The notes under the pieces are model-generated. The model was not told the DNA's origin, did not search any database, and saw only the letters and a list, made by a program, of their open reading frames with translations. The position numbers and the translations under genes are program-made. A stretch of 64,000 nucleotides of DNA from Octopus sinensis (Eukaryota): NCBI RefSeq assembly GCF_006345805.1, contig NC_043007.1:42346001-42410000 (forward strand), written 5' to 3'. Below are positions 51,003 through 62,979 of the stretch, piece after piece (the first letter of the stretch is position 1; every line of letters begins with the position of its first letter).

Positions 51003-51759
51003 ATATATATTATATATATATATATATATCTTACATATACCAAACTCCAGTCCAACACCTAACATTTCTCCTATTTACAACTAACAATCCATCTCTCACT
51101 AGAAATGTAATCATTAACTTTTTTAAATTAAAAAAAAATAGAAATTAAGTTGAGATTTTCATTTAAAATAATTAAAAAACTATATTTGTTGTAAATTGAA
51201 TAATCTAATCGCTTCATCATTAATATTATTCTTACTATTAATATTATTATTATTATTATTGTAATTGTTAAAAGATGAGGACAGTGTGGAACTCTGTTTC
51301 TACTCCCTCTTTATATATTAGTATGAAACATTTTATTGTTTTATTAATCATTGTATTCACTAAATCAAATTATTAATCTCTTGTTTGTTTTATCTTTCGT
51401 TTCCTCAGTGTGTGTATGTATGTATGTATGTATATATATCTCTGTGTGTGTGTGTGTGTATAGTAGTACACAGTAAAGGTGTAAGTGGGAACGTAAAATA
51501 AACATGCAAGCATGTGTTTACTAAAAACACATACTACCGAGTTTACTTTACATTTCTACTCTTACACACACACACGTGTGTATATATATATATATATATA
51601 TTTGTGTATGTGTGTGTACATCTCATTATCATCATTATTTTATGTGTTCTGTTTAAATTTAGTCCAGATGCTCTAACATTGATGTATCTTTCTCTTCCTC
51701 TATCCATTTTCTCCTCTCTCTCTCTCTTTCTCTCAAACTGTCTTTCTGGCAACCTGTAG

Positions 51760-51864
51760 CCTCGTAAAGTTCTTCTTGACCAGTTAAGTTCTCTAGGTAG
51801 CAACTCTGAAGACAGGCTTCCCGACTGCTTTCTCATGGTAAACACAGCAGAATGGCAAGGTCAG
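51760..51864 (+). CDS. PACS2: PACS exon E (start of the C-terminal PACS domain)
   Basis: CTGTAG acceptor and CAG|GTAAGT donor. PRKVLLDQLSSLGSNSEDRLPDCFLMVNTAEWQGQ resembles vertebrate PRKVVYDQL...LPENVILVNTTDWQGQ. Confidence 0.95.
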
Positions 51865-53822
51865 GTAAGTAGCATTTCCATAGCAGTTATTTGCAATTCC
51901 GCCGCAGTTGTTGAATTAACCCTTTCTAAGTTCACAGTTATTCCAACATTCCAGACAAACTAGAAATGCTTGTGTGTGTGTGTGTGTGTGTGTGCGCAAT
52001 ACATAATATACAAGCATGCAGACATGCGTAATATATAAAAATAGAAAAAGTACTCAATATGAGGCATAATGTGGTAGAAAATTTAATTGAAACGGGTCAC
52101 AATTGAAGACCCAATTTCGATTAAATTTTATGTATATATTTTCAGAAGTTCATAATTCACTTTGTTGCAACTCAGTTTCTTATGTACAATCATTGAAATG
52201 ACAAATAGATGTATCTTTCTGTCAATTTTACTATTGTATGTAGTGAGAAACTATCAGTAATGATGAATTGAATCCTCGACTTCTAAATAAATAGCCTCTA
52301 CTATTTGTATTGAGCAATCATTTTCTCACCTACACATCCAATCTTGTGTGTAGTAAAATTATTTAAGAAAAAAAAACAAAAAACAGTGTAATTCAAGTTG
52401 GAAATATAGGAGTGAAAACAGAAATAAAGGTGACCTCAAAATTTGTACTTTATTACCTTACATTTCGAAATTTCAGGGATAAAATCCTTTATCAAGAAAA
52501 ACTGGAAGATGGTGATGAACTGATATCTTTTGCCCAGATATGTTAGGCACAAGAAATTATACTGGCAGCAGATCTTTGCTTCTTTCATACTTTGAATAGA
52601 ATCAACATATAAGAAAACGTCAGCCTGGGTGAGGTGGGAAGGTATTATAAGTTAATCAGGGGAAGAAGGAATCAATGCCCATGATCTTTGCAGGCCTTGC
52701 TCCCGGTTATGAGATTGATGGAGTTGATGTCCAGCATGAGCATCATCTGCTGGGATCAGAGTCAGTGGTGTTAGGCTTAACAGCTGTTTCTGAGATACCT
52801 CACTCCCTGTATACTAACTGTATGTCACTTCCTATAAAACTAACTGTAAACTTTAAAAACAGAGAAAAAAAAAATAGCATAATGCATGTTAGTAGACCTC
52901 TTAACATTGGCAGTGTTAGGAGAAGGTCTACAAACACTGCCAGTGCAGTAGTTCCTTCTGTTAACATTGCTAATATTGTAGTTTATTCTATTATCACTGT
53001 TAGCACAGCAGTACCAAGATCTGCCAATACAACAGAACTTTCTAACAATGCTTCAAGTGTAGTAGCAAATTCCATTAATACTGTTATTCAAGCAGTAATT
53101 TCTGTTAACATTGTACTTTTGTCTTCTATTATCACCGTCAGGACATTAGTATTGCCTATCAATATGCCAGTACAGTTGATTAGTGGTATATTCTATTAAT
53201 ATGCCTTCTGTTAGAGTAGTGGTACATTCTATTAACACTTAATATATCAGTACCTCCTGTATGCATTTCAAGTAGTCCAGAATAATCTAATAGTTCTGCT
53301 AATACAATTGTCTCTTTCAGTGGCATTGCCTTATAGCTAAACCATCTTATTTGACAGTACTGTTCTTTCTCATAATGATCAGCCAGTGCAATTCTGTCTT
53401 ATGATACTGCCAGCATTGCTGTAGCTTTTTAATAGCACTGCTAATATTTGAAAATGTCTGAACTAATACTGACTGTGTTGTTAACAGATTATCATTAATT
53501 GTTAATAATAATATATATATAGTTGAATTAATGCTAACACACTTCATACTGGGAACATTAAAAAGGTGACTAGAATTACAGTGAGGAAAAAACCATATTA
53601 GTTAAAGATGAATATTATTGTTATTCTCCCCTCAAGTATTGGAAACAATTCCAGATGTGATTTGGTCTTATTCTGACCTCATCAGCAAAGCACATGCTGG
53701 ATTAAGTATCTTAATACTATCTTGTTTTTAATGTAGTTGAATGTTGTCTTATTGTTAATATTATACTACTTCGCCTCTCCTTACAAGACTAACAATGTTT
53801 TGTTTTTGTTTGTTTTGCATAG

Positions 53823-53929
53823 TTTCTGATACAGAAATGTCAGGACAAACCTCTCAAGCTGATCTCCACATGTACCTCAGCAGACACAAAAGCTGTGGTC
53901 AACTTTCTTGTGACCAGAATTCAGAAATT
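53823..53929 (+). CDS. PACS2: PACS exon F
   Basis: GCATAG acceptor and TT|GTAAGT donor. FLIQKCQDKPLKLISTCTSADTKAVVNFLVTRIQK resembles vertebrate VVCTCS.VEVQAVLS.LLTRIQRYC. Ends in phase 2. Confidence 0.95.
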
Positions 53930-54488
53930 GTAAGTATTACACACTGAAATGCAGATCAAAACAAGGCTATTTATTTTTATCAGCTTCCTTTCTTTGTTGC
54001 TTTCTCTCTTTCTGTATAGCTATCTTTATTTCTATTTTTTTATCCTTTTTTCATCTTTTCAAATTCATCATGATAGCTGTCAACTACTGCTCAAACAGTA
54101 AACAATTCAACTCTTACTGTCTACCCTCTGCCCTTAGGGAAGACATATTGCTCCAAATGGGGTGTTTTAGTTTATTATTAGTATGTTGGCATGGCAGTTG
54201 AAAAATCCATATCACTAATGCCGGATTGTTGATTTAACAAAGGCTTAATTTTTAATTGCCCAATCCACCAGCTGTACATGGATACCAGAAGGAGGTGCAC
54301 ACAACCACAGTTTATTTGCATATGTGTATGTGTACTCTTAATATATTCTCAGACAGAATTTGATTGACAGTGTGTAACATAAAAAAAAAACGTAAGGAAA
54401 GATACAGAATCCATATTTTATCTAGTTGTGATGGGGGGTGGATCAGATCTATCTATCTATGTATCTATCTGTCTGTCTATCTATCTAT

Positions 54489-55469
54489 CTCGCGTTGCTC
54501 TCGAGCAACTATGCCATCCCAGGTCAACCTTGAGCAACTGCAACACAATCAAATCATTCTATAGGGAATAAGTGGAGGGGAGGTACGACGATCTTGGGGC
54601 GAACCTGGGCGTTGACGAGGAATCCCTGACCCGCCTGTTCAAGACAACTTTCGGGCCGGGACCTATGGCCAACTTCCAGAGATCCCTGGCCTGGCAGTGC
54701 TATCAAGAAGCGCTACCCATTCGGATAAGCTCTACAGGCATGGCTCGAGAAACACGGGGCTGACCTGCCCAAGATGCGGTCAGAGCGACGAAATCGTTCT
54801 GCATGCACTCGTACAGTGTCCAACCATTTCCGACCTGTGGGCCTATGTCAAACAACTGCTATCGCATGTGGGACAAGTCAGTTTATCAAACGAGTCTATT
54901 GTGAATATTGTCATGCCTCCTTCCTTGAAATGGGGAGGAAGAGTCTTGTGGCTATGGCAAAAGAATGTGTATGGTGGATGCATCTGAAAGGTCTAGAGAC
55001 AAATACCTTCCTCTCTGGTCAATCTCTCACTAACTTCTTCGAGTATCACTTGAAGAGGAAGGTGAGAGTAGAGAGGGAAGTTTTGTCTAGTGAATGTTTC
55101 AAAACAAGATGGTTGAATGTTGCACGTGTGAATGACGGAGCCAACTTGAGCATAATCCTATGAACCAAAAAAAAAGAAAGGTAAAAAGTGTCACTTACTG
55201 TAATGTATTTTTTTGCATGACAATATTGCCCAAGGTTACCGTGGTCTTTTCTGTAGGCTTTTCTTTCCACGGATAAACCTTATCTGTTTCCCCTTTTTAC
55301 ATTATGACATTTCTGTGGTACACAATCCCTATTAATCATTTTTTTCCTCCCATGTTCCCTTTTGATTGAATTTCTACCCCCCCCCTTTTTTTCCTCTTCC
55401 CAAAAAGAATAGCTCTACTTTGTATTTTGTCCCCCCTGTGTTCAGCCCTGTGTGGCCAATAAAGAAACA
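54489..55469 (+). mobile_element. L1/Tx1-clade LINE 3' fragment
   Basis: Overlapping ORFs give WQCYQEALPIRDKLYRHG...CPRCGQSDEIVLHALVQC, a CX2CX8HX4C zinc knuckle. Pyrimidine-rich 3' UTR ends GTGGCCAATAAAGAAA. Flanked by (TATC)n on both sides. Confidence 0.85.
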
Positions 55470-55879
55470 TATCTATCTATCTATCTCTCTATCTATCTCA
55501 TTTGATGGGGCAGATTCAGTTGTTTCATTGACCAAATTACCTGCTCCTAAATTAACTTTTCAGTGGCTGAACTTACAAGAGGGACTAGACTGGCAGAACC
55601 CATTTAGAAACCTTTCAAAGAGACTAGCTGTAATTTTAAAAAGCCAGCCTTATCAAAAGTTATGTTAGATCTGCCTGAGAAAACATTTGTCTACAGAATT
55701 CTCAACCACTTATACTATAATTCAATTAGTAGATACTTTAATTGGTTGATCAACTAGAATATTCAGTTATGTCTGTGTATGTGTAATATTATGCATCTGT
55801 GTGCATGCATATGTATGTCAGTTTTCATGCTGTTTGTTCTTACTATACTAACTCTTTTGCCAACACTTATCTGTTCTAG

Positions 55880-56034
55880 CTGCAACAGTAATTCCAAAAG
55901 TCCTTCTCCTATCAAAATTGGTGTGGCGGGCAACGATGGCTACATCAACTCTATATTGCGACCATATGTTGAGCAGTTCTCATCTAAGTCTCCTGACTGG
56001 CAACACTATGTCAGATTTCTAGTCATTCCATTTG
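55880..56034 (+). CDS. PACS2: PACS exon G
   Basis: TTCTAG acceptor and G|GTAAGT donor. (F)CNSNSKSPSPIKIGVAGNDGYINSILRPYVEQFSSKSPDWQHYVRFLVIPF resembles [30 protein letters not shown]...DWLGYMRFLIIPL. Confidence 0.96.
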
Positions 56035-56823
56035 GTAAGTACTTCTCTATTGTTTACTCACTGATGGGGGTGAATGTTAGACATGCATGTATTTTTTTTA
56101 ACACAATGGAAGCCAAATAATATGGCTTATCAACATTGACATTAATTACATATTTGAGGGCGGAGCTGCTCTCAACTAAAGCATTGTGCATTATTGTATC
56201 CCTTAGCTTTTCATCTCTCAAGGAAATTGATAAAATATAAATTAACCCCAGTAAGATTTGAACATGGAATATAAAGTAATAAATACTGATTTCTAACATG
56301 AGCACAAAGCTTCATTTGGGTAAGGAGAATAACATTCCCAATACTTGGTGGCTACTTATTTTATCAGTTTCAGAAGAATGAAAAACAAAGTCTACTATAG
56401 CAGAAATTTGAAATCATAATGGAAACCTGTGCTTGTCCCTCTATCATACTTTAGCTTTTCAACACCTGGCATGAAGCCACCTGTCTCCATTTTGCAAGTT
56501 ACATGACAACCTTGCTAGTTCCAGTGCCAAGATAAAAAGCCCCCAATGCACTCTATAAGGTGGTTGGCATTATGAAAGGCATCCAGTCATAGAGACCAGG
56601 CCAAAGCCGACATTGGAACTTGATGCAGCCTTGTAGCTTACCAAATCCTGTCAAACTGTCCTGTCCGTGCCAGTATGTAAAGTTGATGTTAAATGCTGAT
56701 GAGTTTAAATGAACATAACTAAATGTCTCTGTACCACTGCCCTATCAATTCTGCCAATCTCCTTAAATATTGTAAAGTATTTATGGTCTAATATCTATCA
56801 TTTCTGCCACACATCACTCCTCA

Positions 56824-58232
56824 ATCATCATCATCATCATCGTCGTTTAACGTCCGTTCTCCATGCTAGCATGGGTTGGACGGTTCGACCGGGGTTCTGG
56901 GAAGCCAGAAGGCTGCACCAGGCTCCAGTCTAATTTGGCAATGATTTCTACAGCTGGATGCCCTTCCTAACGCCAACCACTCCGTGAGTGTAGTGGGTGC
57001 TTTTTACGTGCCACCTGCACAGGTGCCAGGCGGGGCTGGCAACGGCCACGGTCAGATTGGTGCACAGGTGCCAGGCGGGGCTGGCAACGGCCACGGTCAG
57101 ATTGGTGTATTTTATGTGCCACCGGCACGGAAGCCAGTCGAGGCGGTGCTGGCATCGGCCACGAGTCGGATAGTGCTTTTTACGTACCACCAGACCAGGG
57201 ATCCTGGCTGGTTCAATTCGATTTCGCTTGCCCCAACATGTCTTCACAAGCAAAGGGGGTTGGCAAGGGTGCCTGTCGTACGGTCGCATTGGAGTATTTT
57301 ACGTGCCACGGCCACGAGTCGGATAGTGCTTTTTACGTACCACCAGACCAGGGATCCTGGCTGGTTCAACCACCAGACCAGGGATCCTGGCTGGTTCAAT
57401 TCGATTTCGATTTCGCTTGCCCCAACATGTCTTCACAAGCAAAGGGGGTTGGCATGGGTGCCTGTCGTACGGTCGCATTGGAGTATTTTACGTGCCACGG
57501 CCACGAGTCGGATAGTGCTTTTTACGTACCACCAGGCCAGGGATCCTGGCTGGTTCAATTCGGTTTCGATTTCGATTTCGCTTGCCCCAACATGTCTTCG
57601 CAAGCATGGGGGGTTGGCATGGGTGTCTGTCGTCGGATGAGGTTCTATATCGACTTCGCTTGCCTCAACCGGTCTTTGTGTCCAAGGGAGGAAAGGCATT
57701 CATAAGTGGGCTGGGCTCACTTGTCCTGCCTGGTCTTCTCACGTACAGAATATTTCCAAAGGTCTCGGTCTCTGGTCATTTCCTCAGTGAGGCCTAAAGT
57801 TCGAAGGTCGTGCTTCACCACCTCGTCCCAGGTTTTCCTGGGTCTACCTCTTCCACGGGTTCCCTCAACTGCTAGGGATTGGCACTTTCTCACACACCTA
57901 TCTTCATCCATTCTCGCCACATGACCATACCAGCGCAATCGTCTCTCTTGCACACCACAACTGATGCTTCTTAGGTACAACATTTCTCTCAAGGTGCTAA
58001 CGCTCTGTCGAGTATGTACACTGACATTACACATCCATCGGAGCATACTGGCTTCATTCCTCACGAGCTTACGCATGTCCTCAGCAGTCACAGCCCATGT
58101 TTCGCTGCCATGTAGCATGGCTGTTCGTACACACGCATCATACAGTCTGCCTTTTACTCTGAGCGAGAGGCCTTTAGTCACCAGCAGAGGTAAGAGCTCC
58201 CTAAACTTTGCCCAGGCTATTCTTATTCTAGC
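56824..58232 (-). mobile_element. RTE-clade LINE, 5'-truncated, young, with an expanded 3' UTR
   Basis: ORF 57717-58181 encodes the RTE ORF2 C-terminus (MLHGSETW, RLRWYGHVARM, RGRGRPRKTW). (GAT)n tail at 56824-56845. CpG-rich, so little decayed. Confidence 0.92.
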
Positions 58233-58940
58233 AGTTACAATGGAAGTGAATAATAATTATGAAGGGCACGGAAATGGTGATGATGATGAAATTTAACTAG
58301 GTATAAGGTTATGCTTTATAAAAAGGGAGGTGTATAATTATTTGAATCTACACCAGTATCTTAGGAGTTCTTGTTTCATTAACAACTTTTATCTCCACCT
58401 TTTGACCTCAGTGAAATTTGAACAGAATCCACAGGGACAAACCTCAATACTTTTGTTAAATTTAGTATCAAATTTTAGTCTTCATCAATATACATCAACA
58501 AAAGATATATGCATCCACACACACACACACGCGGGGCTCCTCACAGTTGCCATCTTCAAATTCTACATAAAAAGTATCGGTTAACCCATGAGGGTATGGT
58601 ACATGACACATGCCCAAAGTATCATAGAGTGGAATGAAACCGAGAACTATAGGTGTGAAGTGATTTTAACTACAGAGCCATGCCTAATTGAGCAAATCTT
58701 TAATTAAAAGTATTCCAGTCATGACTATCCCACCTTATTTTTTTCAGGCTTCGTATACCCAAGACTACATTATCCTATGTGTCTTGTTTTAAGGTAGTAA
58801 CATGTGATTTGAGGGCAGTCTGGGTGCTACTTTCTTTCTTTCTGAGAATGCAATTATAGAGACAATTGCCCCACTGATTCTGGTAAGTTTGGATGATGAA
58901 AATGGCTCTTAATTTTCCTTTTGTCTTTCTCTTTTTCTAG

Positions 58941-59051
58941 GTGCTAGTTCAATTGGAAAGTATTTAGCTAATATTGATTCAGTGTACAGTTCTTTATTTA
59001 CTGACAACTCCTGGAAGGAAACTTTTGAGAAGTCAGAAAACCAGAAATTAG
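58941..59051 (+). CDS. PACS2: PACS exon H
   Basis: TTTTCTAG acceptor and AG|GTAAGT donor, phase 1-1. GASSIGKYLANIDSVYSSLFTDNSWKETFEKSENQKL resembles [29 protein letters not shown]. Confidence 0.95.
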
Positions 59052-60146
59052 GTAAGTCCTTTCTGTGTAATGTTTTCTCGTGTAATGTTTTCCATCTCAA
59101 GTTGTAACATCCACTGCTTTAATGTAGAAACAAGATGGTCGTTTGAGTTTAGTACTGGACTGACAACTCAATCTGCTCTATTGATGTCTTCTTGTTGGGA
59201 ATGAGCTTAGTCACTGGAAGAAGTGCAAAACTTTTTTTTTAATGCTATTTGGTCTCTAAGAAGAAAGTAAGAAACCACAGTTTGTGGGTTGCTGCAGGAA
59301 GCAGTTGTCCATCATGATACCAAATTATCCTCATACTACAGAACCAGTCTGAATGTTTGCACCAGAGCGGGCACTGCTAAAGACACTGAAATACCAAGTG
59401 ATGGTCGTATTTTGGGCCGTACACTTAATTCTACATGTTTTAGTTCAAGTACCTATATGAAATGAGTACCAGATCATCAGGAGTTATCATACCTGTTAAC
59501 CACAAAAGATGTGTGGGCTTCTTCTCCTGTTTTGATGTTCAACATGAACTTTGTAAACAAAAGCTTGTTCAGTGTTGTTTGTTTCTAGTTTACCATGTAA
59601 CTATGTCTGGGAAGTGGCTCAGTAAACTACAGATTATTGCTTTGCATGGAAACAGTGGCAGCAGAAAGGGCATCAAACCATAGAAAATCTGCCCCAATAA
59701 ATTTTATCTGACCCATACAAGCATGGAAAAGTAGCTGCTAAAAAGCTGATGTCCTTTCCAGGAAGAAACATTGCCTCTCTATTTAATGCTATGAAACTGA
59801 AGTAGCCAACCATATCCAGCCCAAATATTCTACATGTTGTATGTTCCAACCAACTAGATCCAACCTCTCTCATCTACCCTACAATGTCATTCTAAAAATA
59901 AACAATCACATCAGCAAAACTTTGAAGCTACGAGATAATGCACAATTAATTTAAAGCAATGGGAATAAATAGGCATTACACTTGACAAAGTGATCTGCAT
60001 GCTGAATGAAGGGTTAAGAATCCTTTGACAATTAGCAAATATTTTTACATTACATTAACTTAATGATGTCTTAGTACATTCATTACCCTTCAGTTTTGCA
60101 AATTACTTTCATTGTTTATGCTTAACTGGTCATACTTATATTTCAG

Positions 60147-60249
60147 ATTCACAAGAAATATACAACCGCATCTCCAAGTACATGAGCAATGCCAACTACC
60201 TCCTCCCAATAGCTATTGGAGAAGCTATGGTCACCTACAAAGGCAGAAA
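60147..60249 (+). CDS. PACS2: PACS exon I
   Basis: TTTCAG acceptor and AA|GTAAGT donor. DSQEIYNRISKYMSNANYLLPIAIGEAMVTYKGR(K) resembles DV.GR.MQY.NGA..THQLP.AEAMLTYK. Ends in phase 2. Confidence 0.95.
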
Positions 60250-60394
60250 GTAAGTATCATGTCTTGACCACTTACTCTGGTTTTATTATCTTCAGTCTGT
60301 TTCTTCCACTCTTTTTCTTTGAGACACAGTAACACATAGACATATGCAGACAGTACAAAAGTGATTAAGTATATTTATTCCTACATACGCATAT

Positions 60395-60441
<47 letters not shown>

Positions 60442-60934
60442 TGGTTGCTTAACTGGCCTAAAAACTTTGAAGTCACCATCAACATCCTTATATAAGAATA
60501 ATAAATTTATATTCTACAAAAGTATAGAGTAACCCATCAGATTAATGTGAAATTGTTTTTATTATAACTGAACATAAAAACAAACTATATATATATATTG
60601 ACGTGTAACAGTGAAACTCTGTATGCACATGTTTTTTTTTTTTGTGCTTCTGTGCATATTCAAGTTTTATAATTATATGTCCCAGCAATTCTACTGAAGA
60701 TCCACAGGTGGTTAGTTCATCAATTGATTGATTAATTGATTTATTTAATCATTAATGGTGAAACTTTGGAGTATAGAATTAACTGATATTTTAATTCTTT
60801 CAAATTGTCGTGCTTGCTTACAATCAAAGTGCTCTAAATAAGAATGTTCTTTCATGGTTTGGGAATTTGGCTGCCCTTTTTAGCATGTAAGACCACCACA
60901 TAGTGGTCTTTTCTCCATATATAAATTTTATACA

Positions 60935-60978
<44 letters not shown>

Positions 60979-60989
60979 TAGATAGATAT

Positions 60990-61290
60990 CTTTGTACTTG
61001 TTTCAATCATTAGACTGTGGCTATGCTGGGGCACTGCCTTGAATGGTTAATCAGATAACTCAATACTATTTTTAAATCTGGTACTTCAGTCTTTTTTGCT
61101 GAACCACTAAGTTACAGGGTCATAAGCACACCAGCATCAGTTATCACACATATGTATGAATGATGCACTTCTGCAGTTTCCAGCTATCAAATTCACTCCC
61201 ATGACATTGGTCAGCTCAGAGCTCTAATAGAAGACACTTACTCAAGATGTTATGTAATGGGACTGAACCCAAAACCCAGCCCAATACAAC
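60990..61290 (-). mobile_element. Degenerate copy of the 4209-type SINE
   Basis: Reverse complement of the SINE body and head (CTTGTTTCAATCATTAGACTG...GGGACTGAACCC). Confidence 0.7.
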
Positions 61291-62904
61291 CATACAACCA
61301 TTATATAATTATTTGTTCAAAGATAATGATTCATTCTCACTTTCTAATTTCTTGTTACATATACAATTATTCAGTCAGTAGCCCATGATACACTAGCCTC
61401 TGAAGGATCCCACATAACAAAAAGTTCTAAATAGCATGACTTTACTTTCAGATATACTCATTAGGTTATATTCTTTTTGTATCATCTGAAATAGAATACC
61501 TGCTTATCTATTAATCCAAAAAAACTGAAATATACATATATATATGTGTGTGTGTGTGTGTCTTTTTATTACCATATTTTGAGGTTTTTTTTCCATTTTA
61601 ATAATATAAAATATTTATTAAAGATTCTTTTTCAATATGATTTGACTGAGCCTCCCCCTGCCTGACCAGTCCAGTTAATTTGTATAAGAAATGCATTCAT
61701 TAAATCTGACACACCTATATCATCTTTGCTTTTATTACAGTTCATGAAATATTTTACGTTATAACAGTGTCCCCACACACACAGAAAAGTAGAGTAATTA
61801 AGATTTTATTCTGGGAGGAACCCTATTCCCATCCTATAGCATGTAACATGTATATGCAGGAGGTTTTATCTCAAGTTCAAGTCTATACACAATGTGGTTA
61901 ATAGATTGTGTAATAAGATTGTGTTTAGATAAAATATTGGGTCTAGGTATAGATGTGTGGTTGAGAAGTTCCCTTTGTCATTATGTAGGGAGTGTAATGT
62001 TGTGTGATAACCTCCAGTGTGTGTGTGCTTGTGTGTGTAGACAATTAGGACCTGGGCAGCTCCCCAGCTGGCCAGCTCCTTTCTGACTGTCCAATCCATG
62101 CCAGCTTGAATAGCAGACATTAAATGATGATATACAAAATGATGTAACTGAATTATGTAATCATAAATTACTTCAGGTAATTGTCTTAAGCATGTGTATA
62201 AGTGTAACATGAGTAACTTATTTATGTAATAAATATTACTATATTTTTCTCCGATATTCTCAAGTGCAACATAGGTGCATATGAATGATGTTTCAGGTGC
62301 ATATTATACAGTTGTGTGGTGAGAAGCAATGTTACTTAGCCAGATATGTAGTATAGAAGTAGATGTATAGGTGGAATATTTGTGGCAGACTTAATTGTGT
62401 AAAAGTGTCAAATTGCAGAGGACTCACTCAGATGTGTACATAAGTTTCAAAATATTTCATACAACTGAATTGACTCTGTACAGAGATGTTCATACCTGTA
62501 ACATATTCACTTCATTCTCTTTTCATAGTTTCACAATTTTATTTCTTTCTGTTTTCTTTTTTTGTTTCTTTTTAATGTCCTTTGATAACTAATTTTCTAT
62601 TAATCTCAAATTAGCCCATGATTAATGAGTCTACTTGGAATTGCCCAGAATATACACAATTTTAAGCAATCACATAGTATGGTTGTCCAAAGAAAGCGAC
62701 TGTCCATCTCAGCATTTTTAATTGAAGATCACCAAATTGCATTTATTACAGAGACAGTATATCAGGGGTTTCCGCAGTCACTGAGCCAATGAACACTTAC
62801 TAATCATATATTAATTAATCCAATTGTCTTCATTATTGGGATTTTTCTTTTGTTCTTCCTTTCTCTCTCTCTAATCTGGGCTTCCCTTCTTTGCCTGACT
62901 CTAG

Positions 62905-62979
62905 ACTAGCCAGATCATCAAGTGTGCAACCTATGAGGCAAGATGGATTCTATTCCCACCATCACTCCACTGCTACCAG
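62905..62979 (+). CDS. Candidate PACS exon (75 nt, LARSSSVQPMRQDGFYSHHHSTAT)
   Basis: Long pyrimidine tract + CTCTAG acceptor and CAG|GTAAAC donor. Phase 2-2 and open in the frame left by exon I. A second in-frame acceptor lies 9 nt downstream (62914). Confidence 0.55.

Noticed and set aside
52675-53199. 174-aa ORF rich in S/V/N/I
   Set aside because: Lies in a degenerate TGTTAACATT/AGTAGT low-complexity repeat, with no splice signals fitting PACS and no recognisable domain.
56984-57797. Plus-strand ORFs up to 218 aa
   Set aside because: Antisense to the GC-rich tandemly repeated RTE 3' UTR; open by composition.
58847-58882. 36-nt segment ending in a GTAAGT donor 58 nt before exon H
   Set aside because: Needs a rare GAG acceptor and would interrupt the conserved IPFG motif.
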